Shown here in pieces: positions 32,453 to 42,049 of a stretch of 64,000 nucleotides of DNA. How positions within the stretch are numbered: position 1 is the first letter of the stretch; each line of letters begins with the position of its first letter. The stretch comes from an uncultured Acidobacteriota bacterium (lineage in GTDB: Bacteria; Acidobacteriota; Thermoanaerobaculia; UBA5066; Gp7-AA6): contig CAVXTP010000001.1 in assembly GCA_963764715.1 (NCBI GenBank), positions 1 through 64,000 of the forward strand, read 5' to 3'. The position numbers and the translations under genes were made by a program. Below the pieces are notes generated by a model that worked only from the letters and a program-made list of their open reading frames with translations, did not search any database and was not told the DNA's origin.

Positions 32453-34087
32453 CTATTCCTCCTCCTTGATCTCGGTCAGCTCGCCGTGGAAGAGCTCCAT
32501 GGCCGAGCGCACCATCGGGTCGGCTTCCGCGCGGGTGCTCGCCCGCTCGCGGGAGATCGTCGAGCGCGGCACTTCCCGCGCGGCCTTGCCGAGATCGCCG
32601 TCGGCCGGCGGGCCCGTCTTCAGCACGATCTTGAGCGGCCGGCCGAAGGCCTCGCGGGCCACCTCGGCGAGCAGCTTCTTCGCGGCGTGCTCCTCGAGCG
32701 CCTCCTTGGCGGCCGCGCGGTCGATCCCGAAGCGCAGGACGAGCTCCTCGCCGGCCACGCCGATCGACTCGGCCAGGCTGACCTGGGCGGCCGTCACGCG
32801 GCGGCGCGAATCGAGGATCTCGTGGAAGCGCTCGATCGGATCGCCGGCCGCGGGCGCCGCCGCGGTCTCGCGGGGCTCCGGCTCGGGCTCGACCGGAACG
32901 AGGGAGACGATCCGGGGGCCCGCGTCCGCGGCGCGGGGCGGGACAGGCGTCGGCGGCGGCACGCTTCGCGCCGGGGGCGCTCCGCCGATCGACGCCTCGA
33001 TGTCGCGCAGCCGCGGCAGCTCGGCGAGCTTCAGGACGAGCATCTGCACGACGAGGCCGGGGTCGTCGACGCGGCGCACCTGCTCCTCGGCCTGGAGCGT
33101 CAGCGAGACGGCGCGGAGCAGGTTTTCGTAGGGCATCGCCCGCGCGAGCGCCGCCATCCGCGCCTGCTCCTCCTTCGGGAGGTCGCTCGGGGCGCCGGCC
33201 GCCGAAAGGAGCGCGCGGCGCAGGAACACGACGAACTCGCGGAGCACGTGCCGCGGGTCCGCGCCCCCCTCGGTCAGGCGCGACAGGCTCGCGATCGCCG
33301 CGGCCCGGTCGCCGCCGGCGACCGCCGAGTACATGGCCTCGAGCAGGGTCGAGTCGACGAGCGCGAGGATCTCGGCGCAGCGTCCCTCGTCCACCCGGCC
33401 CGCGGCGAGGGTCGCCGCCTGGTCCAGCAGCGACAGGGCGTCGCGCAGGCTTCCCTCGGCGGCGCCCGCGAGCAGGCGCAGCGCGCCCGGCGTCGCGTCG
33501 ATCTTTTCGGCCTTCGCCACCTTCGTGAGCTGCGCCGTGATCTCGGGGACGGTCAGCGCGCGGAACGCGAACCGCTGGCAGCGCGAGACGATCGTCGCCG
33601 GGATCTTGTGGAGCTCGGTCGACGCCAGGATGAACCGCGCGTGGGGCGGAGGCTCCTCGAGGGTCTTCAGGAGGGCGTTGAACGCCTCGGTCGTGAGCAT
33701 GTGGACTTCGTCGATGATGGCGATCCGGTAGCGGTCGCGCTGCGGCGCGTAGCGCACCGTCTCGATGAGCTCCCGGGCGTTCTCGATCTTTCGGTTCGAC
33801 GCGCCGTCCATCTCGTGCACGTCGAGCGACTCGCCGCGATCCAGGATCTCGCGGCAGGACGCGCACTCGCCGCACGGACGGATCGTCGGCCCCTTGTCGC
33901 AGTTGAGGGCCCGGGCGAGCATCCGCGCCGTCGAGGTCTTTCCGACGCCGCGGGGACCGGTCAGCAGGTAGGCCTGCGCGACGCGCCCGTCGGCGATGGC
34001 GTTGGAGAGCGTCCGCGCGACCGCCTCCTGGCCGACCAGGTCTTCGAAGATGCGGGGCCGCCATTTGCGGGCAAGCGCGAGGTGCAT
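32453..34087 (-). CDS. dnaX: DNA polymerase III subunit gamma/tau
   Basis: LARKWRP, GPRGVGKTS, IIDEVHML, FNALLKTLEEPP, SRCQ, GSLRDALSLLDQ. Confidence 0.96.
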   Translation of the reverse strand: MHLALARKWRPRIFEDLVGQEAVARTLSNAIADGRVAQAYLLTGPRGVGKTSTARMLARALNCDKGPTIRPCGECASCREILDRGESLDVHEMDGASNRKIENARELIETVRYAPQRDRYRIAIIDEVHMLTTEAFNALLKTLEEPPPHARFILASTELHKIPATIVSRCQRFAFRALTVPEITAQLTKVAKAEKIDATPGALRLLAGAAEGSLRDALSLLDQAATLAAGRVDEGRCAEILALVDSTLLEAMYSAVAGGDRAAAIASLSRLTEGGADPRHVLREFVVFLRRALLSAAGAPSDLPKEEQARMAALARAMPYENLLRAVSLTLQAEEQVRRVDDPGLVVQMLVLKLAELPRLRDIEASIGGAPPARSVPPPTPVPPRAADAGPRIVSLVPVEPEPEPRETAAAPAAGDPIERFHEILDSRRRVTAAQVSLAESIGVAGEELVLRFGIDRAAAKEALEEHAAKKLLAEVAREAFGRPLKIVLKTGPPADGDLGKAAREVPRSTISRERASTRAEADPMVRSAMELFHGELTEIKEEE

Positions 34088-34169
34088 CGGGGGTATCTTA
34101 ATCGGTCGCTCGACGCGACCGGACGGGAGCGGAGAGCGGAATCGGCAAGATCGGGACCATCAAGAGTGT

Positions 34170-34300
34170 CCGGCGGCCGAAGATGAGCTCAGGTTGACCT
34201 GCGGCGCACGGTGGCGCCTCCTGATCGCTGCTTCCTTCCGGACCTGACGAGGTTCGGAGACTTCCGTCGCACAGGGCCCGAACTCATCTTCCGCCGCCGG
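34170..34300 (-). ncRNA. ffs: Signal recognition particle RNA (4.5S)
   Basis: Minus strand carries TCAGGTCCGGAAGGAAGCAGC inside a long hairpin with complementary ends; upstream of dnaX. Exact ends uncertain. Confidence 0.92.
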
Positions 34301-34310
34301 ACGAGCGATT

Positions 34311-34514
34311 CTATCCCACGGAGGACGGGCGGCGCGGACGGAGGAACGTCGCGAGAAGGACCGCGCCGAACAGCAGGCCCGCGGCGAGGTCCGAGCCGTG
34401 CAGGAATCCCTCGGGCGGCAGGGGCCACGCGCCGAAGGCCGCGCCCGCCGAAAAGACGAGAGCGAAGGCCGCGAGCCAGCCCGCGCCCGCCGCCGCGACC
34501 CGGGCGGGCGTCAT
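34311..34514 (-). CDS. Small hypothetical membrane protein (2 TM)
   Basis: ATG overlaps the anti-sigma stop; two hydrophobic stretches. Confidence 0.5.
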   Translation of the reverse strand: MTPARVAAAGAGWLAAFALVFSAGAAFGAWPLPPEGFLHGSDLAAGLLFGAVLLATFLRPRRPSSVG

Positions 34515-34765
34515 TCCTTGTCGCGGCACCGCGCGCGGACGAACTCCATGACCACCTGGGCGAGATTTCGCGGCACCTCGCGCGGCTTGAGCATCCGGAG
34601 GGTTCGGCCGGTCGCCCGGTAGGTCTTCAGAAAGACCACGCAGGGCGGGCAATGGGAGAGGTGCTTCTCGAGGTCCTGGCGCACGTCCTCGGGCATGGAG
34701 CCGTCCTCGTAGTCCGCGAGGTAGTCGACGATCAGCTTGCGGCAGGAGATCTCGTCGTGGCTCAT
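34511..34765 (-). CDS. zf-HC2 (ZAS) anti-sigma factor
   Basis: C...L.DY..G.....HLSHCPPC; coupled to the ECF sigma gene. Confidence 0.87.
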   Translation of the reverse strand: MSHDEISCRKLIVDYLADYEDGSMPEDVRQDLEKHLSHCPPCVVFLKTYRATGRTLRMLKPREVPRNLAQVVMEFVRARCRDKE

Positions 34766-35403
34766 GGCGCCACTCTCCTCTCCGCCGCGCGCCGGTCCGG
34801 GGGCGCCGAGGCGACTTCCGTGAGCCGCTGGCGCACGTAGAGACGGGCGCGGTGCAGCCGGGACTTCAGGGCCGCCAGGGAGATCTCGAGGGTCTCGGCC
34901 ACGTCCGCCGGCTTCATCTCTTCGACGTCGACCATCCAGATCGCGTCCCGGTACGTCGGGGGCAGCTCGGCGATGAAGCCCTCCGCGCGCTCGGCCAGGT
35001 CGCGGGCGATCGCGTCGTTCTCGGTGCCGTCCACCCAGGCCGTGAACTCCGAGGACGGGGGCTGGCCGTCGCCGCCGAAGCGCGGCAGGTAGTCCTCGAG
35101 GGAGACCGTCGAGCCGGCGGACTTGCGGCGCCGGGCGCGGGTGTAGGCCGAATTCAGGGCGACGCGGTAGAACCAGGAGAAGAACTTCTTCGACTCGTCG
35201 AAGGTCCCGATCTTCCGGTAGAGCGTAAGGAAGGTGTCCTGCGTCGCCTCCTCCGCGTCTTCCGGGTTCCGGAGGACGCCGTAGGAGAGCGAGTAGACGC
35301 GAGCGTTGTATCGGTCGACCATGTCTCGAAAGGCCTGATCGTCGCCCCTCTTGATCCGCCGGACGAGGTCGAGGTCGGAGGCGTTGGGATCGTCTGCCAT
35401 CAA
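34762..35403 (-). CDS. ECF RNA polymerase sigma factor
   Basis: DAEEATQDTF, FSWFYRVALN (region 2); LKSRLHRAR (region 4). Confidence 0.92.
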   Translation of the reverse strand: MMADDPNASDLDLVRRIKRGDDQAFRDMVDRYNARVYSLSYGVLRNPEDAEEATQDTFLTLYRKIGTFDESKKFFSWFYRVALNSAYTRARRRKSAGSTVSLEDYLPRFGGDGQPPSSEFTAWVDGTENDAIARDLAERAEGFIAELPPTYRDAIWMVDVEEMKPADVAETLEISLAALKSRLHRARLYVRQRLTEVASAPPDRRAAERRVAP

Positions 35404-35503
35404 AAGTACGCTATCGCGTGCAGGGCTGATTCGGGAAATGAGTTGGGCGGGTTGCGCGATTTGGACGGGACAAGCGGGTTTGGGCGCGGATTCAGCTCAA
35501 CTG

Positions 35504-35592
<89 letters not shown>

Positions 35593-35695
35593 GGGGGCGG
35601 GGAATCCTACAACACCAGGCGACAGTCGCATGCGAGTAAACGCCGCGCGCCGCGCGGCGTTGCCTACTGCCGGGGGTCTGCCTCTGGTGGTCGGC

Positions 35696-35736
35696 TCCAA
35701 GCGTGCTCCTTAAGCCACTCGGACACCTCTCCGGGG
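35696..35736 (-). repeat. Exact copy of the 5' half of tRNA-Ser (nt 1-37, ending at the anticodon) plus 4 upstream nt
   Basis: 41 nt identical to 35556-35596, offset by 140 bp. Confidence 0.92.
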
Positions 35737-35837
35737 CGCGGAATCCTAACAGGGTCACCGACCATAAACGAAGGGTCCGAGAGCCTGCGCCGAGTGATGT
35801 CCGGACGTTTTAGGGTTAGGGGGGTTACACTCAACGC

Positions 35838-36476
35838 GTGACGGGAGAGCGGGCGGCGAGGGGCGATCGGGCCGATTTCGTGTTTCTGGGGGGGCACCCC
35901 TGCCTCGATTTCCTCAATACGCGTCCTTTCGTGCGCGGACGGGCGGTCGAGCTGCTGCCGGACCTCGAGGCCTTCATCCGCTGGCTGGGGCGCGCGGGGA
36001 GGCTCGATCCGCGAACCGCGGCCGACGCACTCAAGCGGTGGGGTGAAAACCCCGAAGGCGCGCGAATCGCCGAGCGCGCCCGGGCCTTCCGCGAAACGCT
36101 CCGGCAAACCATCGACGGGCTGACCCGGGGACGCGGCGTCTCGACCGAGGGGTTCGCCGCGATCAACTTCATCCTGGCCGAGAACGACGGGAACCTCCGC
36201 CTCGAACGCATCGGCGGCGGATTCCGGACCCGCTTCACCTCCCGCCCCACGCACCCGATCTCGCTCCTCGGGAACGTCGCCGAGGCGGCCGCGGACCTCC
36301 TCTGCACGAAGAAGCCGGAGCTCATCCGCCGCTGCGGGAACCCGGATTGCGTGCTCTTCTTCTACGACGCGACGCGCAACCACCGGCGCCAGTGGTGCGC
36401 GATGGGGACCTGCGGGAACCTGATGAAGGTGCGGGCCTTCCGCCGGCGGCACCGGCGTCCGACCGAGAAGCGGTGA
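35838..36476 (+). CDS. CGNR zinc finger / ABATE domain protein
   Basis: GGHPCLDFLNT; C-terminal CGNPDC..FYD.TRN..RQWCAM.TCGNLMK. Confidence 0.9.
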   Translation: MTGERAARGDRADFVFLGGHPCLDFLNTRPFVRGRAVELLPDLEAFIRWLGRAGRLDPRTAADALKRWGENPEGARIAERARAFRETLRQTIDGLTRGRGVSTEGFAAINFILAENDGNLRLERIGGGFRTRFTSRPTHPISLLGNVAEAAADLLCTKKPELIRRCGNPDCVLFFYDATRNHRRQWCAMGTCGNLMKVRAFRRRHRRPTEKR

Positions 36477-36530
36477 GTTCGGTTCAGCGCGGGCGGTCGA
36501 CTCGCTCCCGCTCGTAACGCTCATTCAAGT

Positions 36531-36839
36531 CTACGCGCCGGAGGCCATCCGCCGCAGCGACTCGAACGAATAGATCCCGTCGTTGTGGCCGTCGGCCCAG
36601 TCGATCTGCAGGGCGTACGAGCCGACCCACCGGTGGGCCGCCGCCTGGATCGACAGGGGCGTGAGCGGCCGGTCCGGCCCGCGGTAGATCTTGCCGAAGA
36701 GGTCGGGCTCCCCCTTGCACATGGCGCACGGGCAGGCGCGGCGGAGCTTCTCGAGCGACAGGTAGTCCTCGCGCCCGTCGTCCCAGACGATGACGAGCTC
36801 CTGGCCTAGGACCTGGACCTGCTTCGGGACCGAGATCAC
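36531..36839 (-). CDS. DUF971 / gamma-butyrobetaine-hydroxylase-like N-terminal domain protein
   Basis: W.DG, LRRACPCAMC, VGSYAL...W.DGH.DGIYS; its GTG overlaps the kinase K1 stop (GTGA). Confidence 0.88.
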   Translation of the reverse strand: MISVPKQVQVLGQELVIVWDDGREDYLSLEKLRRACPCAMCKGEPDLFGKIYRGPDRPLTPLSIQAAAHRWVGSYALQIDWADGHNDGIYSFESLRRMASGA

Positions 36840-39442
36840 CGGATGCCTTCGGCCAGGAAGAGGTCCGAGAGGATGCGGTTGTACGAGTAGACGTACGTCT
36901 TGCCGTCGGGCGTCAGGGCGGGAGGCGACAGGAGGTCAATCCCCGCGGGGTCGAGCGGCACGAGCTCTTTCCAGAGCTCGCGCTTCCCGGTCGAAAGCTC
37001 GACGCGGAACACGCGGCCCGGAATCTTTTGCCGGTCGAAGAGAAACAGCCAGTGGCTGTCCCCCATCCAGCCGACCGGATCCTCTCCCGGCACGAGGCTC
37101 GGGATCGGCTGCGGCTCCCCGCCGGCGAGCGGATAGAGATATCGGCGGCGGTCGGGTCCCTGCACGGACGCGAACTTCCCGTCCGGCGAAATCGACCGAA
37201 GGAAGGCCCGATAGCCGGGAGGACTGATGGAACGCGGTTTGGCATCGGCCGAATCCAGAAGGTAGAGGCGCTCGCCCCGGGTTCCCTCGCTCGCGGTGAT
37301 GAGGATCGTCTGCCCGTTGGGGAACCACTCGGCGGTCTTGACGACGAGCCCCCCGGCGGTGACCGGCCGCGGAGATCCCGCGCCGGTTGGCAGCATCGAG
37401 AGCTTCGGGTCCTTCGAAATGTTCGTGACTCCCAGTACCCATCGGCCGTCCGGCGAGATCGACATCGGGATTCCCTCGCCGAGCCTGACCGGGGGCGATC
37501 CGTCCATGCGCCGCGTGTACGCCGAGTAGCCCGCTCCCCCGCCCTCGCCCGACTCGACGAACGCGAACCACGAGCCGTCGGCGGCGATGTCGCGCACGCC
37601 GGACCAGTCGAGCCACGAGAGATCCTTTTCGCCCCTGTCGCCCGGGGCGTAACCGAGGATGCCCGACCGCAGTGTGTCGTGCGCGACGAGAACGCGCCCG
37701 TCCCGGGCCACGTCGTGGAGAGTCAGGTTGCCGGTCACGCGGGCGAGCACCCGCGTCCGACCCGAGAGGCTCGCGGCGTAGATGCTGCGATTCCCGCCGA
37801 CCTCGGCGGCCGTAAACCACACCTCGCGGCCGCCCGGGGGCCACGCGAGGCCGCCCGCCGTGGAGAACTCGCGCGCCAGCGTCGTCATCTTCCCGGCCCG
37901 GTCGATCACGGCCACCGATCCCCCGTCGTCGCCGATGGAAGGATGGTTGATGAAGGCCACGGAATCGCCGCCCGGCGAAACGCGCAGGTTGGTGATCCAG
38001 CCGTCGGTCTCGTAGAGCGTCTTGCCGATCGGATATTCGACTCGGGTCTTGGATCCGACGGTGCGCACGATCGCGAGCGTCTGGCCGTCGGGAGCCCAGT
38101 CGGCGAACTGGACCTCCTCCTGGATCTCCCGGGGCGTTCCCCCGCCCGTGATCCCGATGCGGGCGAGCGTGCCGGCCCGCTCGAACGGTCCGACGAAGTG
38201 TCGATTCAGGCCGACGGCCATCTCGCCGGACGACGAGATCGACAGGACGTCGGCTCCCACGAGCCCGAACGGCCGGGCCTCGGGGCTCTCCAACCGGCTC
38301 ACGTAGATTTCGACCGGCCTCCCCTCCCAGGCCGCGGAGTAGATGATGGTCTGGCCGTCGGGCGCGAAGCGCGCCGTGAAGATCTCGCCGCGCTGGAAGG
38401 TCAGCTCCCGGAAGGACGGCGGGGTCGTCGCGCCCGCCTTCTTCCCGCCGGCGAACGCGGCGGCGCCGACGATCGCGGCGAGGGCCAGGGCGGCGAGGAT
38501 CCACGGCCAGGCCCGCCGGCCCGATCGGACCGCCGCCGTTGCCGCGGCCGTCTGATCGGTCGACGTCGAGAACGACGCTTCCGAGAGATGGTCGCGCACG
38601 TCCGCGAGATCGCGCGCGAGGTCCTTCGTCGTGCCGAACCGGTCCTCCGGGTCCTTCGCGAGGCAGCGCTCGACGAGCCAGCGCACGGGCGAGGGCACCT
38701 TCGGGTTGAGCTGCCCGAGAGGCGCCGGCTCCTCGCGGATGATCGCCGTCATCGTCTCCGCCGTCGTCGCCCGCTCGAAGGCGCGCTTGCCCGTCGCGAG
38801 CTCGTAGACCATCGATCCGAAGGAGAACTGGTCGGAGCGAAAGTCGACCATCCGTCCGGACGCCTGCTCCGGCGACATGTAGCCGACCGTCCCCATGACC
38901 ATGCCCGGCCGCGTCGGCTCTCCGACCGCCGTCTTCAGGGCCGAGACCTCCTGGTCCTCGGGCGTGATGAGCTTGGCGAGGCCGAAGTCCAGGATCTTCG
39001 CGAACCCGTGCTTGGAGACCATGACGTTCTGCGGCTTCAGGTCGCGATGAACGATTCCGGCGGCGTGGGCCGCGGCGAGCCCGTCGGCGATCTGCACCGA
39101 AATCTCGAGGAGCTTCTTGACCGGCACGGGGCCGGCCGCCGAGAGGTCCTTCAGCGTCCCGCCCTCGACGAGCTCCATCGCGATGTAGACGTTCGACTCG
39201 TGGGTGCCGATGTCGTAGATCGTCAGGATGTTCGGGTGCGAGAGCGCCGAGGCCGCCCGGGCCTCCCGCTCGAAGCGGGACCGGCGCTCCGGGTCCGAGG
39301 CGAGCTCGGGAGGCAGCACCTTGACGGCGACGTCGCGTTTCAAACGCTCGTCGCGCGCGCGGTAGACCTCCCCCATCCCGCCGGCCCCGATGGGCGCGAC
39401 GATTTCGTAGGGTCCGAGCTTCGTTCCGGCGGCGAGGGTCAT
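36836..39442 (-). CDS. Ser/Thr kinase K1: Hanks kinase - TM - TolB/PD40-like beta-propeller
   Basis: [37 protein letters not shown]; TM WPWILAALALAAIVG; repeated (S/A)PDG blade motifs. Confidence 0.93.
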   Translation of the reverse strand: MTLAAGTKLGPYEIVAPIGAGGMGEVYRARDERLKRDVAVKVLPPELASDPERRSRFEREARAASALSHPNILTIYDIGTHESNVYIAMELVEGGTLKDLSAAGPVPVKKLLEISVQIADGLAAAHAAGIVHRDLKPQNVMVSKHGFAKILDFGLAKLITPEDQEVSALKTAVGEPTRPGMVMGTVGYMSPEQASGRMVDFRSDQFSFGSMVYELATGKRAFERATTAETMTAIIREEPAPLGQLNPKVPSPVRWLVERCLAKDPEDRFGTTKDLARDLADVRDHLSEASFSTSTDQTAAATAAVRSGRRAWPWILAALALAAIVGAAAFAGGKKAGATTPPSFRELTFQRGEIFTARFAPDGQTIIYSAAWEGRPVEIYVSRLESPEARPFGLVGADVLSISSSGEMAVGLNRHFVGPFERAGTLARIGITGGGTPREIQEEVQFADWAPDGQTLAIVRTVGSKTRVEYPIGKTLYETDGWITNLRVSPGGDSVAFINHPSIGDDGGSVAVIDRAGKMTTLAREFSTAGGLAWPPGGREVWFTAAEVGGNRSIYAASLSGRTRVLARVTGNLTLHDVARDGRVLVAHDTLRSGILGYAPGDRGEKDLSWLDWSGVRDIAADGSWFAFVESGEGGGAGYSAYTRRMDGSPPVRLGEGIPMSISPDGRWVLGVTNISKDPKLSMLPTGAGSPRPVTAGGLVVKTAEWFPNGQTILITASEGTRGERLYLLDSADAKPRSISPPGYRAFLRSISPDGKFASVQGPDRRRYLYPLAGGEPQPIPSLVPGEDPVGWMGDSHWLFLFDRQKIPGRVFRVELSTGKRELWKELVPLDPAGIDLLSPPALTPDGKTYVYSYNRILSDLFLAEGIR

Positions 39443-39469
39443 GGAGAGCGGGGGGATTCTACCGGAGGC

Positions 39470-42049
39470 CTATTTCAGGCCTTCGACGAGCTGGAGATAG
39501 GACAGAACCCGCAAATAGCTGTACGCGTAGAAGCTGCCGTCGGGAGTGCACACGAAACGGCTGGCGCCCGCGAGGCCCGCGGCGTCGGCGGGCGAAACTT
39601 CCTTCCAGAGGTCGAGCCGGCCCGTGACCGGGTCATACCGCCAGACCTGCATCGGAAGTCGGTTGGCGTCCTGCACGAAGAGGCTCCGCCCGTCCGGCGC
39701 CCAGCGGATGGGGCGATGGTTGGAGGTCAGGCCCGGGAGCGCGGTGGGCTCGCCGCCCCCGACGGCGTAAAGATAGATCCGCTGGTCCGGGCCGCTCACG
39801 ACGACGGACTTTCCGTCGGGCGTCACGGTTCCCCGGAAAAGCGAATAGCCTTCCGGCGAAATGGCGCGCGCTTTCGCTCCCGCGATGTCCCGCACGTACA
39901 GCCGCGTTCCCCGGCCGGCCTCGGACGCGGTAAAGATCAGCGTCTTCCCGTCGGGAAGAAAGTCGGCGTTGAACACGTCGAGCCCGTCGTGCGAAAGAGC
40001 CCGGGGCTCGCCCACGCTCGTGGGAAGCAGGTGAATCTGCGGGGTGGCCGTGTGCGTGATTGCGATCGCCCAAGCGCCGTCGGGCGAGAACGCCTCGGTG
40101 GAGCCGTCGCCGATTCGCACCGCCGGAGTGCCGTCGAAGCCCCGAAGGTATGAGGAGTAGGCGGGACCGCCGCCCTCTCCCGACTCCGTAATGAGGATCT
40201 TGCTCCCGTCGGAGCGAATGTCGGTCACGAGGGAGTAGTCGAGCCACGAAAGCTCCCGCTCCTTGGCATCGCTCGGCCCCCGCGCCAGAATCCCGAGCCG
40301 GGCGCTCTCGTTGGTCATCAACACCCGCCCCTGCTGAGAAATGTCGCGGATCGTGCTGATGCCCGGCACGCGCCCGACCAGGCGCACCTTCCCGGACAGC
40401 GTCACGCCGTGGACGGCCCGGTTGAAGCCGCCCACGGCCGCCGTGTACCAGATCTCGCTGCCGTCCGGCCTCCAGACGAGGCCCTGGGCCGTCGCATAGA
40501 GAGGCGACACGTCCCGCTTCTTCCCGGCCCGATCCACGACGGAGACGACCCCCCCGTCGTCGTTGGGGACCTGATGGTCGAGGAAGGCGACGAGCCCCCC
40601 ATCCGGAGAGATCCGAGGGTGGCTGATCCAGCCCGAGGTTTCGTAGAGCACCTTCCCGATCGGATACTCCACGCGACACTTCGCGCCGACGTCCCGCACG
40701 ATCGCCAGGTCCTTCCCGTCGGGAGACCAGTCCGCGAACTGGACGTCGTCGAGGATGTCGCGCGGAGCGCCCCCGGCGATCGATATCCGGGCGAGCCGGC
40801 CCGTCGTCACGAAAGCTTTCGAGCGACGGGGAGCGAGCTTGATCGCCATCTCGCCGGCCTTCGAGATGGCGAGCACCTCGGCGGGGGGCAGGCCGAAGGG
40901 CCGCGATTCCGGGCTTTCCGGTCGGTTGATGAAGATCTCGAAGGGCGCCCCTTCCCAGGCGGCGGAATAGACGACCGTCTGGCCGTCCGGGGCGAAGAGC
41001 GAGCCCGCGACCTCGCCGCGCGAGAACGTGATCTGGTGAAACTCGGGCGGTTCGACGACGCCGGCCTTCTTGCCGGCGGAGTAGAGGAACGGCGCGGCGA
41101 TGGCCGCGCCGAGGACCGCCGCGAGGATCAGCGCCGGCCAGGGCCGCTTCTTCCCGGCCGACGGCAGGGCGCGCACGCCGGTCGTCGTCCCGGAGACGCC
41201 GGAGAGCGCCTCGAGGTCGAACGCGACGTCGCGCGCCGACTCGAACCGCTCCTCCGGGTTCTTCTCCAGGCAGTGCCGCACGATCCGGTCGAGGCCCGGA
41301 TGCACCTCCTTGTTCGTCGCGGACAGGTCGGGCGGCTCCTTGGTCAGGATCGCCGTGATCGTATCGGCCGCCGTGTCCCCGCGGAATGCGCGCTGGCCCG
41401 AGAGCATCTCGTACAGGATCGTCCCGAACGCGAAGATGTCGGACCGGCGGTCGGCGGCCTTCCCGCGCACCTGCTCGGGCGCCATGTAGCCCATCGTGCC
41501 GAGGACGACGCCGGGCTCGGTGCCGCCCGAGACGGTGTTCATGTCCGTCTGGCCGTGCTCGTCCCGCTCGGTCTTCAGCTTCGCCAGTCCGAAGTCGAGG
41601 ATCTTCACCCGCCCGTCCTTCGTCAGGAAGAGGTTCTCGGGCTTGAGGTCCCGATGCACGATCCCCTTCTCGTGCGCGGCCGCGAGACCCCGCGCCATCT
41701 GGACGGCGTACTCGATGGCCTTCCGCACCGGGAGCGAGCCCGTCAGCAGCCGCGCCCGCAGCGTTTCGCCTTCGAGGAGCTCCGTCACGATGTAGGGCGC
41801 GCCCGCGTGCATTCCGAAGTCGTAGACCGCGGTGATGCCCGGATGGTTCAGCACGCCCGCCGCCCGCGCCTCCTGCTCGAAGCGCTTGAGGCGGTCGGGG
41901 TCCTGCGAGAAGGTCGCGGGCAGCACCTTGATCGCCACGTCGCGCCCCAGCCGCGGATCCTTCGCCCGGTAGACCTCGCCCATGCCGCCCGCGCCGATCG
42001 GCGCGAGGATCTCGTAGGGACCGAGCTTCGATCCGGCGGAAAGCGTCAC
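39470..42049 (-). CDS. Ser/Thr kinase K2: kinase - TM - beta-propeller
   Basis: Same architecture as K1; intact [18 protein letters not shown] motifs. Confidence 0.93.
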   Translation of the reverse strand: MTLSAGSKLGPYEILAPIGAGGMGEVYRAKDPRLGRDVAIKVLPATFSQDPDRLKRFEQEARAAGVLNHPGITAVYDFGMHAGAPYIVTELLEGETLRARLLTGSLPVRKAIEYAVQMARGLAAAHEKGIVHRDLKPENLFLTKDGRVKILDFGLAKLKTERDEHGQTDMNTVSGGTEPGVVLGTMGYMAPEQVRGKAADRRSDIFAFGTILYEMLSGQRAFRGDTAADTITAILTKEPPDLSATNKEVHPGLDRIVRHCLEKNPEERFESARDVAFDLEALSGVSGTTTGVRALPSAGKKRPWPALILAAVLGAAIAAPFLYSAGKKAGVVEPPEFHQITFSRGEVAGSLFAPDGQTVVYSAAWEGAPFEIFINRPESPESRPFGLPPAEVLAISKAGEMAIKLAPRRSKAFVTTGRLARISIAGGAPRDILDDVQFADWSPDGKDLAIVRDVGAKCRVEYPIGKVLYETSGWISHPRISPDGGLVAFLDHQVPNDDGGVVSVVDRAGKKRDVSPLYATAQGLVWRPDGSEIWYTAAVGGFNRAVHGVTLSGKVRLVGRVPGISTIRDISQQGRVLMTNESARLGILARGPSDAKERELSWLDYSLVTDIRSDGSKILITESGEGGGPAYSSYLRGFDGTPAVRIGDGSTEAFSPDGAWAIAITHTATPQIHLLPTSVGEPRALSHDGLDVFNADFLPDGKTLIFTASEAGRGTRLYVRDIAGAKARAISPEGYSLFRGTVTPDGKSVVVSGPDQRIYLYAVGGGEPTALPGLTSNHRPIRWAPDGRSLFVQDANRLPMQVWRYDPVTGRLDLWKEVSPADAAGLAGASRFVCTPDGSFYAYSYLRVLSYLQLVEGLK

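Noticed and set aside
32453-34087. Programmed -1 frameshift in dnaX (gamma/tau)
   Set aside because: No A-AAA-AAG or poly-A slippery tract was seen in the linker region.
34170-34300. Novel long-hairpin ncRNA upstream of dnaX
   Set aside because: Explained by the SRP RNA motif and its usual position near dnaX.
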